Origin: Fidelibacterota bacterium
Lineage (GTDB): Bacteria > Fidelibacterota > UBA2242
Assembly: GCA_049975265.1 (NCBI GenBank)
Contig: JBNGDF010000003.1
Location: 103,665 to 167,664 of the forward strand
Length of the DNA stretch: 64,000 nucleotides
Direction of reading: 5' to 3'
A program made the position numbers and the translations under genes. Of the stretch, positions 39,162 through 49,976 are shown in pieces (position 1 is the stretch's first letter; each line of letters opens with the position of its first letter). The notes under the pieces were generated by a model. That model made no database searches. It worked only from the letters and a program-made list of their open reading frames with translations, and was not told the DNA's origin.

Positions 39162-40582
39162 GATTTTGCTCCTTTCTGATCGGGAAAAAGTAACGAAACA
39201 GTGATAAAAACGATACCCGACAAAATGATGCCGAACAGAGTTGCATCCAGCCCGAAAGGTAATTTGACATTCGCCAGGATCAGAAAAAGGGTCAGGCTGC
39301 CGCCGCTGAGCATGCCCCAGAAAGCCCCGGTGGCGCTGCGTCGCTTCCAGAAATAGGCACCCAGAGTCGGGATGAACAAGCCGGACACCATGAAAGCATA
39401 GGCATAGAGGATCGCATCGAGAACCATGGTGAAGCGGCTGGCGAGGATGATAGCGCTGACGCCGATCATCAGGGTAACCAGCTGCGAGATTTTGATGTAA
39501 TGCTTCTCACTCTTTTTCGAGCTGAAAAAGCCGCGGTAGAGGTCATTGACGATATTGCCGGAGGAAGCCATCAGGCAGCTGTCGGCGGTGGACATAATCG
39601 CGGAAAAATAGGAGGCGATCACGATTCCCGTGACCCCGATGGGCAGGACGGTTTTGATGGTCAGCGGCAATCCCATTTCCGGGTCCACTTCGGGGAAGAG
39701 AATCCGACCACACATGCCCAGAAAGACACCCATGAATGCCATAATCGGATATTCGAAAAAACCGGCGATGTACCAGGCTTTTTTGGCGTCTTTGACATCT
39801 TTGACGGAAAACATCCGCTGATAGAGCGTCATGGCGATCAGCCAGATCGGCACGATCGTGACCAGCCAGTTGATGAATTGCACCGGACGGATATTGGTCA
39901 ATGAGAAAAATTCACGTGGCAGTGCCGCCCGGATACTGTGGAATCCGCCGATCTTGACGACGGTGAGTGGAATCGCCAGAAGGATCAGTCCGCTCAGCAG
40001 GACGATCCACTGGACTGTATCGGTGTAAATAACCGCCTTGATGCCGCCCAGTACCGTATATGCGATGATGATAAATCCGATGAAATAGAGTGAAAATTGC
40101 AGCGGCGGCAGACCGAAGACGGCTTTTTCAAAAAGTGTGGCGGACATCAGCTTGGCGCCCGCCAGCACCTGGGCGCCGGTAAAGCCCATATAGCCGATGC
40201 CCGAAATCAGCGCCGCCAGCGTCGCTACCCTTTTGTTATAAATCAAATGCAGAAAGTCGGGATAGGTCAGCAGATTATTTTCGAGATCGAGTTTCTTTAT
40301 TTTTGGAATAATAAACACCGCTGACAGCCAGGCGCCCACCAAGCCGGTGAACAGCAGCCAGCTGCCCGCCAGTCCCATTACGAATCCCAGACCGCCCAGC
40401 CCGATGGAAAATCCGCCGCCTACATCGGTGGCGACGATGGATATTCCCACATGAGAGGGGGGCACATTGCGACCGCCGACATAGTAATCCTCCATATCCT
40501 TATTGCGCCGGTAGAAGTGGAATCCGATGTAGAGAATTCCGATCATATAGAGAGTGAAGATCAGATAATCCAGAAAAGCCAT
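39158..40582 (-). CDS. Sodium:solute symporter family protein
   Basis: [26 protein letters not shown]; ~13 TM helices; overlaps both neighbours at start/stop codons. Confidence 0.9.
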   Translation of the reverse strand: MAFLDYLIFTLYMIGILYIGFHFYRRNKDMEDYYVGGRNVPPSHVGISIVATDVGGGFSIGLGGLGFVMGLAGSWLLFTGLVGAWLSAVFIIPKIKKLDLENNLLTYPDFLHLIYNKRVATLAALISGIGYMGFTGAQVLAGAKLMSATLFEKAVFGLPPLQFSLYFIGFIIIAYTVLGGIKAVIYTDTVQWIVLLSGLILLAIPLTVVKIGGFHSIRAALPREFFSLTNIRPVQFINWLVTIVPIWLIAMTLYQRMFSVKDVKDAKKAWYIAGFFEYPIMAFMGVFLGMCGRILFPEVDPEMGLPLTIKTVLPIGVTGIVIASYFSAIMSTADSCLMASSGNIVNDLYRGFFSSKKSEKHYIKISQLVTLMIGVSAIILASRFTMVLDAILYAYAFMVSGLFIPTLGAYFWKRRSATGAFWGMLSGGSLTLFLILANVKLPFGLDATLFGIILSGIVFITVSLLFPDQKGAKS

Positions 40583-41898
40583 CAGTCCTGTCCGTTTCGT
40601 CGGGTGTATCGTTCGGTATTTTCGGGCGTCAGGGTATAGGTTTTATCATAATCCGAGAGCAGTTTTTCAATGCCGATCGCCTTGGTCTCGGCGGGGCTCT
40701 CCAGCTTCAGTTGCAGATTACAGTTTTCGCAATCCCGATCGCAAAAATAGGGTTCGTAAGAATCCGGCTCTTTATAGGTGGTGATGACGCCCTCGTAATT
40801 TCGCAGAATGACCTTGTTGGTGGACCAGCTGATGATGTAGTTGGGCATCAGCGGTATTTTTCCGCCCCCGCCCGGCGCATCCACCACATAAGTGGGCACG
40901 GCGAAACCGCTGGTATGACCGATCAGGCTCTCCATAATCTCAATGCCTTTGCCCACTGGTGTCCGGAAATGGGTCAAACCTTCTGAGAGGTCACACTGAT
41001 ACAGATAGTAGGGTCGGACCCGGTTCTGCACCAGTTTGTGCACCAGACTGCGCATGATGCGGGGACAGTCGTTGACACCTGCCAGCAGGACGCTCTGATT
41101 GCCCAGCGGAAAGCCGGCATCCGCCAGTTTTGCCAGGGCTTCACGGGAAGATGCGGTGATTTCACGCGGGTGATTGAAATGGGTGTTGATCCAGAGCGGT
41201 TGATGTTTTTTGAGCATTTTAACCAGTTTGTCGGTGATGCGGTAAGGAAGTACCACCGGTGTGCGGGTGCCGATCCGCACCACTTCAAGATGCGGAATTT
41301 TCCAGAGCTCCGTCAGAATCCAGTCCAGATAGTTATCGGATAATAAGAAAGGATCGCCACCGGAGAGCAGCACATCCCGCACACGGGGTGTCTCGGCGAT
41401 GTATTTGATGCCGTTCATGATTTCGGCTTTGTTGGGGATGGAGTCCCGGTCGCCGACCTTTCGTTTGCGGGTGCAATGCCGACAGTACATGGAGCAGGTA
41501 TTGCTGATATGAAACAGAACCCGGTCAGGGTAGCGGTGGGTGATCAGCGGAACCGGGCTGTCTTTGTCTTCCGCCAGCGGGTCCAACATGTCGTGTTTGC
41601 TGATGATCAGCTCCGACGGGGATGGAAAGGACTGTTTAAAAACCGGATCATATTGATAATCTTCGGTGTCGATCAGGGAAAAGTAGTAAGGGGTGATAGA
41701 GAGTGGAAATTTTTCGATGGTTTTCTCAATCTGTTGTCGCTCTTCGGTGGGAAAACGGATTCCCAGGAGTGTTTCAAAGGTATCGATACTCCGGATGGAA
41801 TGTTTCAACTGCCATTTCCAGTCCCGCCAGTTCTTAATGCGGGCTTCGGCGTCGATCTTTTCCGTCAGGGCTTTCTGTTTTTCATTGAATATAGTCAT
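40582..41898 (-). CDS. ablA: Lysine 2,3-aminomutase (radical SAM)
   Basis: [40 protein letters not shown]-terminal CDRDCENC. Confidence 0.95.
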   Translation of the reverse strand: MTIFNEKQKALTEKIDAEARIKNWRDWKWQLKHSIRSIDTFETLLGIRFPTEERQQIEKTIEKFPLSITPYYFSLIDTEDYQYDPVFKQSFPSPSELIISKHDMLDPLAEDKDSPVPLITHRYPDRVLFHISNTCSMYCRHCTRKRKVGDRDSIPNKAEIMNGIKYIAETPRVRDVLLSGGDPFLLSDNYLDWILTELWKIPHLEVVRIGTRTPVVLPYRITDKLVKMLKKHQPLWINTHFNHPREITASSREALAKLADAGFPLGNQSVLLAGVNDCPRIMRSLVHKLVQNRVRPYYLYQCDLSEGLTHFRTPVGKGIEIMESLIGHTSGFAVPTYVVDAPGGGGKIPLMPNYIISWSTNKVILRNYEGVITTYKEPDSYEPYFCDRDCENCNLQLKLESPAETKAIGIEKLLSDYDKTYTLTPENTERYTRRNGQD

Positions 41899-42208
41899 GA
41901 ATTGATCCTCTTATGGGGGTTAAACGGATAAATACAACTGATCCGGACGGTTACCGCAGGTCGAAACCATCCCCGCCGGTGTGCATCCGTTGTTATTACT
42001 CTTTTTTGCAGCTAATTCATTCCGAAGTCAGGCAAATCTTATTAAATTTCATTATTATTAATAACTTACGATTAAATATACGGATTATTCCGATTAACTT
42101 CAACGATTTTTCCGGATTCCCTGACACCGGCGGATTAATCATTGGAAAAAAATGCCTGAAATGATATATTCCCAATGCTGAACATCGACGAGTATTGAGG
42201 AGGAAATC

Positions 42209-44230
42209 ATGATGAGCAGAGGGCTGAAAATCATTCATTTGCTACTGGTTTGTCTTTTGGTGAAATCGGTGCAGGCAGAGATTGTCCTGAATCCGGTTTT
42301 CGGGGATAATATGGTGCTGCAACAGGATGCCGCGGCGCCGGTCTGGGGCAAGGGCAATCCCGGCTCGACGATCACGGTTACGGCGGACTGGGGCGTGGAA
42401 TCGTCGACAATCTGCCGGTCGGATTCATCTTGGATGACGACGCTGCAGACCCCGTCCGCGGGAGGTCCGTACAGCGTCCTTATCCGCGACGAAGAGTCGC
42501 AGCGGAAACTGAATAACGTCCTGATCGGCGAGGTCTGGCTCTGCTCCGGTCAGTCTAATATGGAGATGCCGTTAAAGGGCTGGCTGCCGAAAGACACAAT
42601 CATGTACTCCGCCACAGAGATCAGCAGGGCGCAATATCCGAAAATTCGCTTTTTTACCGTAGCGAAGAAGATAGCGATCAGCCCTGAACGAAAATGTGAT
42701 GGTGCCTGGCTGGAGTGCTCACCGAAAACCGCCGCGAACTTCAGTGCCACTGCCTATTTCTTTGGTAAAAAATTGCATCAGGAGCTCAATATACCTGTCG
42801 GGCTGATTCACACCAGCTGGGGCGGTACTCCGGCGGAAGCCTGGACCGGCAAAGAATACCTTTCAAAGATAGAGGACTTTCAGGAGACGTTGAAGATGAT
42901 CGACGCCGGTAAACCGGCGCTGGAAGCGCTTGAGAACTGGCTTTCCCGATTTCCCCAGATATCTGTGAAAAGTCGAACCGGCAAGAATGTCTGGGCGGGA
43001 CTGGAATTTCAGGACAGCGAGTGCAAAATGATTGATTTTGATGATGCCGGCTGGGCGCGAATGAATCTGCCGACATTGTGGGAAGCGACGGATTTCGGGG
43101 CGTTTGACGGCGTCATCTGGTTCCGCAAGAAGGTGGAGATTCCCGATAACTGGCTGGGAAAAGAACTCCGGGTCCGGCTCGGTCCGATTGACGATTTTGA
43201 CCGGACGTATGTGAACGGCGAACTGGTGGGCGCCATTGAAGAGGAGGGGCAGTACCAGACCTTCCGCAGTTATGATATTCCCGCAGAACTGAATCATCAA
43301 AGTGTCATTACGCTGGCGGTGCGGGTCAATGATATCCAGGGAGGCGGCGGAATTTATGGAAAAAGGGAAGATCTGCAACTGGTGCTGAAAGAAACCGGCG
43401 CAGCGGTTTCCATTGCCGGGGAGTGGAAATATCTGCCGGTGGCGGAGTACCGCGGCTCGGTCTATACGGTCTTCGGCGCCGCGGGTCAGAAATACCGGGA
43501 ACGCCCACATCTGCCCATTGAACTGACATATAAGACGCCAACCGTTTTATATAACGGTATGATCGCTCCGCTGATTCCTTTTGCCATCCAGGGTGCGATC
43601 TGGTATCAGGGGGAATCCAATACCGGCGATCCACTCCAGTATGAGACGCTCTTTCCCACAATGATCGCCAACTGGCGTGCCGACTGGGGCTATGAGTTTC
43701 CCTTCTATTATGTTCAGATTGCACCTTACGATTACGGCAACGGAACGCATTCGGAACTGCTGCGCGATGTGCAGCGGAAATCACTCATGATACCGAATAC
43801 CGGCATGGCGGTGACCCTGGATATTGGGACGGTGAACAACATTCATCCGCCGAACAAGCAGGCGGTCGGTGAGCGACTCGCCCGCTGGGCGCTGGCGCAG
43901 CGGTACGGCAAAGATATCGTCCCCAGCGGTCCTCTTTATAAGGATCATCGGGTTAAGGGCAAAAAGGTCATAATTCGCTTCGATTATGCCGATGGTTTGC
44001 ATCTGAAACCGGGTGTACCGGCGGAATTTCTGATCGCCGGTAAGGATAAAGTGTTCTATCCGGCTGATGTAAAAATCAGGAGCGACCGGCTGATTGTCTC
44101 TTCTAAAAAGGTCAAAGCGCCGGTGGCGGTACGCTACTCCTGGAGCAATACCTCCGGAGCCAGCCTGTTCAATGCCGCCGGTCTGCCGGCGTCAACTTTC
44201 CGCACGGATCAGTGGGTGATTGAAAAATAG
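42209..44230 (+). CDS. Sialate O-acetylesterase family carbohydrate esterase (SGNH)
   Basis: GEVWLCSGQSNME, WGGT, WYQGESN, NIHP; inserted carbohydrate-binding-like domain; signal peptide. Confidence 0.9.
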   Translation: MMSRGLKIIHLLLVCLLVKSVQAEIVLNPVFGDNMVLQQDAAAPVWGKGNPGSTITVTADWGVESSTICRSDSSWMTTLQTPSAGGPYSVLIRDEESQRKLNNVLIGEVWLCSGQSNMEMPLKGWLPKDTIMYSATEISRAQYPKIRFFTVAKKIAISPERKCDGAWLECSPKTAANFSATAYFFGKKLHQELNIPVGLIHTSWGGTPAEAWTGKEYLSKIEDFQETLKMIDAGKPALEALENWLSRFPQISVKSRTGKNVWAGLEFQDSECKMIDFDDAGWARMNLPTLWEATDFGAFDGVIWFRKKVEIPDNWLGKELRVRLGPIDDFDRTYVNGELVGAIEEEGQYQTFRSYDIPAELNHQSVITLAVRVNDIQGGGGIYGKREDLQLVLKETGAAVSIAGEWKYLPVAEYRGSVYTVFGAAGQKYRERPHLPIELTYKTPTVLYNGMIAPLIPFAIQGAIWYQGESNTGDPLQYETLFPTMIANWRADWGYEFPFYYVQIAPYDYGNGTHSELLRDVQRKSLMIPNTGMAVTLDIGTVNNIHPPNKQAVGERLARWALAQRYGKDIVPSGPLYKDHRVKGKKVIIRFDYADGLHLKPGVPAEFLIAGKDKVFYPADVKIRSDRLIVSSKKVKAPVAVRYSWSNTSGASLFNAAGLPASTFRTDQWVIEK

Positions 44231-44270
44231 CAAACCTGTGCACCGCTTTTTTAAGAAAGGAATTTGTGAC

Positions 44271-46241
44271 ATGAAAAATTTTATCCAGAGGGGTGTCCTT
44301 ATGTCGGTAATTGTCAGCCTGAGCACCGTCGCTCAGGATTTTCAGGTCCGGTCACCGGATGGAAGGATGGCGGTCAATGTTTCGCTGGCAGATGGACTGA
44401 CTGCATCCGTTTATTACAAAAACCAGACGGTCATAAACTCTCTGAAAATTGATCTGCTCATTGAAAATTCAAAATGTTTCGCCGATCATCCGGCGGTTGC
44501 TCGTTCCGCTAAGCAGGAGATTCGACAAACAGTTACAGTTGCGGTACCGCTGAAAAACCGCACAATTGAAGATCATTACAACCAGTTACAGATTGAATTT
44601 GATAATCATTATACACTCTGTTTACGGGTTTTTAACGACGGATTTGCCTATCGTCTGGCAACCGCTCTGGACGGTGAAATAAAGGTCCGCAAAGAGCAGC
44701 TGCATCTGAATTTGAGTCCTGACGTTGTTTCTTATTTCCCTGAAGAGCAGAGCCTGATGTCCCACTATGAACGCAGTTACGCGGTCAGGAAAATATCCGA
44801 TATCGAAGCGGGCAGATTTTGTTCATTGCCGGTTCTATTCCAGACCGGAAGGGGTGTAAACATCCTGTTTTCGGAAACCGATCTGCGCGATTATCCGGGG
44901 CTCTTTTTAGCAAAAGCAGATAATGGCTTCGAGGCGCTTTTCCCGAAAGTCGTTCTGGAAACCTCCCCAAACCCGGATAGACCGGACCGGAGTGAGATTA
45001 TTAAAAAAGAGAGTGAAAATATCGCCCACACACAGGGCGACCGAGAATTTCCCTGGCGGGTTTTTATCATTTCCGATGATGATCGGGACCTTTTGGCAAG
45101 TTCGCTGATGTATCAGCTGGCGTCGGAACCGGAAATCCGCTCGACAAAATGGATTCAGCCGGGTAAGGTTGCCTGGGACTGGTGGAATGCGAACAATATC
45201 ATCGGTGTGGATTTTAATGCGGGGATCAATACCGCCACATATAAGTACTATATTGATTTTGCCTCGGAATTCGGACTGGAGTACATCATTTTGGATGAGG
45301 GCTGGTCTAAGAGCACCACCGAACTGCTGGAATCCAATCCGGACATCGATCTGGCAGAACTGATTCGCTACGGCAGGGAGAAAAATGTGGGTGTTATTCT
45401 CTGGGTACTCTGGCAACCTCTGGACCGGAATATGGACAAAATCCTGAAGACCTATGCAAAATGGGGTGCGAAGGGTGTCAAGGTGGATTTCATGCAGCGG
45501 GCGGATCAGGCGATGGTGAATTATTATGAAAAAACCGCCCGTACCGCCGCAAAATATAAATTACTGGTGGATTTTCACGGCGCCTTTAAGCCCGCCGGTC
45601 TGCACCGGCTGTATCCCAACGTCGTCAGTTTCGAAGGCGTAAAGGGACTGGAGCACAGTAAGTGGAGTCGCGATATTACTCCGGAGCACGATGTGACGCT
45701 GCCCTTTATCCGCATGGTTGCCGGACCGATGGATTATACGCCGGGCGCCATGGACAACGCTTCTGAGAAAAACTTTGCTATTCGCTTTGAACGCCCGATG
45801 AGTCAGGGGACCCGCTGTCATCAGGTGGCGATGTATGTGGTTTATGAGAGCCCGCTGCAGATGCTCTGCGACTCTCCGTCGAATTATTACCGGGAGAGGG
45901 AGACGGCGGATTTCATCGCCCGGATTCCGACGGTTTGGGATGAAACGGTGGTGCTGGAAGCAGCGGTGGCGGAGTATCTCGTCATGGCGCGCCGCAATGG
46001 CGAAAAGTGGTATATCGGCGCTCTGACAGATTGGACGCCCCGGGAATTTGAACTCGATTTTTCCTTTCTGGCGGAAGGTGAGTACCGGATGGAGATCATG
46101 CAGGATGGCGTCAATGCCCACCGGCATGCCCAGGATTATCAAAAGGTAATCACAAGGATAAAAAACACCGATAATATGAAGATTAAACTGGCTGCCGGCG
46201 GCGGCTGGGCGGCGATTATTTCGAAAAAGCAGGATAATTAA
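44271..46241 (+). CDS. Glycoside hydrolase family 97
   Basis: WIQPGKVAWDWW, YIDFA, ILDEGW, GVKVDF, VDFHG, EGVKGLE, AGPMDYTPG. Confidence 0.93.
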   Translation: MKNFIQRGVLMSVIVSLSTVAQDFQVRSPDGRMAVNVSLADGLTASVYYKNQTVINSLKIDLLIENSKCFADHPAVARSAKQEIRQTVTVAVPLKNRTIEDHYNQLQIEFDNHYTLCLRVFNDGFAYRLATALDGEIKVRKEQLHLNLSPDVVSYFPEEQSLMSHYERSYAVRKISDIEAGRFCSLPVLFQTGRGVNILFSETDLRDYPGLFLAKADNGFEALFPKVVLETSPNPDRPDRSEIIKKESENIAHTQGDREFPWRVFIISDDDRDLLASSLMYQLASEPEIRSTKWIQPGKVAWDWWNANNIIGVDFNAGINTATYKYYIDFASEFGLEYIILDEGWSKSTTELLESNPDIDLAELIRYGREKNVGVILWVLWQPLDRNMDKILKTYAKWGAKGVKVDFMQRADQAMVNYYEKTARTAAKYKLLVDFHGAFKPAGLHRLYPNVVSFEGVKGLEHSKWSRDITPEHDVTLPFIRMVAGPMDYTPGAMDNASEKNFAIRFERPMSQGTRCHQVAMYVVYESPLQMLCDSPSNYYRERETADFIARIPTVWDETVVLEAAVAEYLVMARRNGEKWYIGALTDWTPREFELDFSFLAEGEYRMEIMQDGVNAHRHAQDYQKVITRIKNTDNMKIKLAAGGGWAAIISKKQDN

Positions 46242-46258
46242 AATCAGGGGATAGAGCT

Positions 46259-47587
46259 GTGAATAGGAGAGATTTGAGATTATCTGGAAGTATCATCCTG
46301 TTGATGGGCTGTCTGTTTAATGCCGCATTGTCTGCCACCGGTTCAGCGGACATTCATGTCTGGGAGATGCAGGAAATTGTCCTGAAAGCGGAAAAGGTAT
46401 ATGATAATTATTATACCGATGTCTGCTGCTGGGTTGACCTGCAGGGTCCCGATTTTTCCCTGCGGATTTACGGCTTCTGGGACGGTGAAAATATTTTCAG
46501 GGTACGCTTTGTTGCGACTAAGCCGGGAAAATGGCATTGGCGCAGCGGCTCAAACCAGGCGGATGATCCCGGACTCAACGATATTGCCGGGCAATTCACC
46601 GCCGTCGAGTGGACGGAGATGGAGAAACAGGAGAATCCCAACCGGCGCGGATTCGTGCGCCCGACACCGAACGGGCATGCCCTGCAGTACGCAGACGGGA
46701 CACCCTTTTTTATGGTGGGCGATACCTGGCTGGCAGGGTCCACCTGGCGACTGCCTTTTCGTAACGCAACGCCCCCTGATAAGTATGAACCGGTTCCGGG
46801 AATCGGTTTTGAGGACGCCGTACAATATCGGAAAAAACAGGGATTTAATTCGGTGAGTATGATCTCCTGCTTCCCGAATTGGGATTCCGATGGCAAGCCG
46901 AGCACCTATGCCGATTCAAACGGAATCTTCGTCAGAAATGCCTGGGAAAAATTCGGCTATGACGTTTCCGATGCAATTGATCCGGATGATTTAGGTGAAT
47001 TAAGCTACTGGGGCACTTTGACGGCAAAGGATATGCGCGATGAATCCGGGAATTTGCCCTTTGCAATGTCCCGCGATCACCGCGGCGTTTCTGATTTTAA
47101 CCGGATCAACCCGAAATATTTTCAGAGTCTCGATCAGAAAATGGACTACCTGTCAGGGGAGGGTTTTGTGCCGTTGCTGGAAACAGTGCGCAGGGATGTG
47201 GGACCATCCTGGAACGCCTATTTTGATTTCAATGAAACCTTTGCCCGCTTTGTGCAGTATCTGATTTCCCGCTACGGCGCCTATAATATGATTTTCAGCG
47301 GAATTCATCTCGACTGGATACCACGGGATTTCAGTCTGACGGCGGAGGAGTTTAACGAAGCATTGACGTATCATTTACACAAGTACGGACCGCTGCCGTT
47401 TGGTCAACCGGTTTCGACGCTGATCAGCAGCTCGACCTATTCGGTGTTTGGTCATCATGAAGATTGTCCCTGGCTGACGATGCACAGCGTGGGTAATAAA
47501 CCCCGGGACCATCGGGTCGCCGATTCGCTTGAAATCATTTTCCGGCTGGAGCCACCGTTCCCGGTCATCAACAGTAAAATCAAATAA
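46259..47587 (+). CDS. DUF5060/DUF4038 (apiosidase/GH140-like) protein, probably C-terminally truncated
   Basis: GFWDGENIFRVRF..PGKW, LQYADGTPFFMVGDTW, RKKQGFN, INPKYFQSLD, ISRYGAY; ends abruptly at PVIN-SKIK inside the opposite gene. Confidence 0.75.
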   Translation: MNRRDLRLSGSIILLMGCLFNAALSATGSADIHVWEMQEIVLKAEKVYDNYYTDVCCWVDLQGPDFSLRIYGFWDGENIFRVRFVATKPGKWHWRSGSNQADDPGLNDIAGQFTAVEWTEMEKQENPNRRGFVRPTPNGHALQYADGTPFFMVGDTWLAGSTWRLPFRNATPPDKYEPVPGIGFEDAVQYRKKQGFNSVSMISCFPNWDSDGKPSTYADSNGIFVRNAWEKFGYDVSDAIDPDDLGELSYWGTLTAKDMRDESGNLPFAMSRDHRGVSDFNRINPKYFQSLDQKMDYLSGEGFVPLLETVRRDVGPSWNAYFDFNETFARFVQYLISRYGAYNMIFSGIHLDWIPRDFSLTAEEFNEALTYHLHKYGPLPFGQPVSTLISSSTYSVFGHHEDCPWLTMHSVGNKPRDHRVADSLEIIFRLEPPFPVINSKIK

Positions 47588-48304
47588 TTGTTCAAGATTC
47601 CGGATCATCATTTTGCTGCGGTACCATGTGCCGCCGGTGGCACTGACAAAGAGTTTACCATTATAGAGGGCGATGCTGTCGTTATAGGCATATACCGTCA
47701 GAAAACGATTATCCGATTCCCGTAACCAATTCGTCAGTTTTTCGCCATGCCGGAGGCTGTCTTCATAACCGTAATTGCTGTCGATAAATGAAATTCTTTC
47801 GACAATGCCGGGGATTTTTTCAGTTCCATGTAGATACCCGAAAATGAAACTGCCGCCGCCGCTGTGACTGTTCAGGGCGATTCTTAAATCCTTCGACGGG
47901 AATCGAGTGGCGACCGAATCAACAATGTCGTGAATTACTACAGAACTGTTGGGATATTTACGCCGCCAGGCCGGCCAGCTTTTAAGATCGTTTTCCAAAT
48001 AAGCAACGACAATGTTGCGATCTTTAATCCGATTTCGGAGGTAACGGGTCTGGGCGGCGATATGCTGGATATTGTAATGCCAGTCGTCGCCATCCTGCAA
48101 CTGTTTGCCCATCGTCCATTCCGTGCTGTTGCCGTTGGGCAAGGCATAGAAGATTAGGAGGGTGGGTTTGCGATGTTTAATTTTCGGTGCATCAATGGTA
48201 ATTTTGACATCTTTGGGATAGCAAAAAGAGCTGATGGTGGTCGATGTACTCCGCGAGCATTGAAGACATTGTAGACCGAGTAATAGAAGGATTATGCGTT
48301 TCAT
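47375..48304 (-). CDS. Putative alpha/beta-hydrolase-like lipoprotein; last ~60 aa probably run-through after truncation
   Basis: Signal ending CLQC; NSHSGGG nucleophile-elbow-like motif; 213-nt convergent overlap with the upstream gene. Confidence 0.6.
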   Translation of the reverse strand: MKRIILLLLGLQCLQCSRSTSTTISSFCYPKDVKITIDAPKIKHRKPTLLIFYALPNGNSTEWTMGKQLQDGDDWHYNIQHIAAQTRYLRNRIKDRNIVVAYLENDLKSWPAWRRKYPNSSVVIHDIVDSVATRFPSKDLRIALNSHSGGGSFIFGYLHGTEKIPGIVERISFIDSNYGYEDSLRHGEKLTNWLRESDNRFLTVYAYNDSIALYNGKLFVSATGGTWYRSKMMIRNLEQLFDFTVDDRERWLQPENDFKRIGDPMVPGFITHAVHRQPGTIFMMTKHRIGRAADQRRNRLTKRQRSVLV

Positions 48305-48308
48305 CGTG

Positions 48309-49976
48309 CTATTTCAAATATAGCACTTTTATTGTTTTTGTGTAAGATGAATTCCTTAAACGGATGAAATACAGTCCGCTGCCGTAATTGCTGTTGAAAT
48401 TCCAGTGAATGGTATGCTTACCCCGATTTTGGACTGAATTGATAATGGATTTGGTATATTTACCATCGAGAGAGAAGATAGATATTTCCGTATGGGCAGT
48501 GACAGGAATCTGATAATGAACCGTTAGGATGGCATTGAAAGGATTCGGAAAACAGGAGATGAGCAAATAATCATCGGGAATGTCTGGATTTTCAAAGGCA
48601 ATTCCAGTATTGACCTGGCGGGTTGAAAGTTGGAAAGATTCAAAACTGTTTAAAAAGTGTAAGCGAGTGTTAACCATACCGGGATGATTGGAATTTTGCG
48701 GATATTTGAAACCGGCATGTGTCATCGTCCCGGTATCCAGAATATAAACCAGTTTATCGGTAGTCAAGATACCGTCACTTGAAATTCTGACATGGCAGTC
48801 ATCGTCCAGATAGATGGCTATATACCCGGGATGATCAGCGGCACCATACATACCGCCAATCCAGCGGTTTTCAAAATAATCAGAATTTGAATACAAGCGA
48901 GGGATAATTATCGATTGGGGAATGTTTTCGTTACCCACAGACTGTTCCAGACGGCCGTACCACGCATTGGTAGCACTGCCTGTTAATTTTGTAATAACGA
49001 CTGCACCATCATACGCAGCTGATTCATCAGAGCCATTAATCGTCAAGGTCTGATAGCGAAATTCGGGTTGGACCTGAAAAACAGCCTTGAGAACATTTTC
49101 GGGATGCAGAACCTGCCGATTGGTAAGATCGTACTCCATCTCATCTATCAATTGATGCAAGCAAAGGTTGGTAAAAACAACTGGTTCATACGGAGTACAG
49201 TGAATAACCGATTTGTCGGTTTTATGAATAATTGTGACCGAACCAATTCCGTAGACCTTTCCTGTCCGGTCAGGCTTCAGACATAACGCCGTTTTTTCAT
49301 CGATGCCGATCCCAACGAGATCTTCATGATAATCCTGGATGCGACGGGCCAGCATCGGAACCAGGCGACCCAGCCGACCGCGGGGATGAAAATGTGAATC
49401 AGTTATAACGCCGGGCAGAATTTGCAGAAAATCATCTTCAAACTGCATGTCCGTGGAATATGGATTGTATGCTGCGTCTTCGGGGTAAAGTGAACCGTAC
49501 TGTGCGGAAAATGATACCGATCCCTCAATTGCCAGACCGGCACTGGTGCCTCCAATAACACCGCCATTTTCGAATACATAGTGAATAGCATCTTCAACTA
49601 AAGTGTTTTTCCAGGTTTTCACATAATCCCATTGATCACCGCCCTCGATAAAAATACCTTTTGCCGAGATAAGCTCTTTAAAGATCGCTGAATCGTTCGC
49701 GGCTGTTCTTGTTGCAATTTGCAATGAGTGGGAAGCCGGATCCGCACCGCAACTGATGAAGTCGTCCGCGTAGCCTTGGGCGACACTGCTGACGTCGATA
49801 TTAATTATTTTTCCGCTGTCAGCCTGCTGCACAAACCAGATATAGACTGGTGCCACCCATGACCCCGGATAATAGGCATCGCTGCCACCGCCCATCATGA
49901 GCAGCGATCCCTGCGGAAATAGAAGCACCGGAATCAAAAGAATCAGAATTGAAAACAATCTAAAGATTTTTTTCAT
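48309..49976 (-). CDS. Secreted cyanophycinase-like S51 peptidase with T9SS C-terminal sorting domain
   Basis: Signal peptide; EGGDQ, GTSAG (Ser), TDSHF..RGRLGRL (His), GIDE (Glu); C-terminal FPNPFN...SGLYFIRL...KVLYLK. Confidence 0.85.
   Translation of the reverse strand: MKKIFRLFSILILLIPVLLFPQGSLLMMGGGSDAYYPGSWVAPVYIWFVQQADSGKIINIDVSSVAQGYADDFISCGADPASHSLQIATRTAANDSAIFKELISAKGIFIEGGDQWDYVKTWKNTLVEDAIHYVFENGGVIGGTSAGLAIEGSVSFSAQYGSLYPEDAAYNPYSTDMQFEDDFLQILPGVITDSHFHPRGRLGRLVPMLARRIQDYHEDLVGIGIDEKTALCLKPDRTGKVYGIGSVTIIHKTDKSVIHCTPYEPVVFTNLCLHQLIDEMEYDLTNRQVLHPENVLKAVFQVQPEFRYQTLTINGSDESAAYDGAVVITKLTGSATNAWYGRLEQSVGNENIPQSIIIPRLYSNSDYFENRWIGGMYGAADHPGYIAIYLDDDCHVRISSDGILTTDKLVYILDTGTMTHAGFKYPQNSNHPGMVNTRLHFLNSFESFQLSTRQVNTGIAFENPDIPDDYLLISCFPNPFNAILTVHYQIPVTAHTEISIFSLDGKYTKSIINSVQNRGKHTIHWNFNSNYGSGLYFIRLRNSSYTKTIKVLYLK

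Noticed and set aside
38280..39179. 299-aa plus-strand ORF
   Set aside because: Lies entirely antisense to ablB with no motifs; codon-mirror artefact
40582..41898. KamA homologue as EF-P modification enzyme EpmB or part of lysine fermentation
   Set aside because: Operonic ablB and the C-terminal Cys cluster favour AblA; no efp, epmA or kamDE nearby
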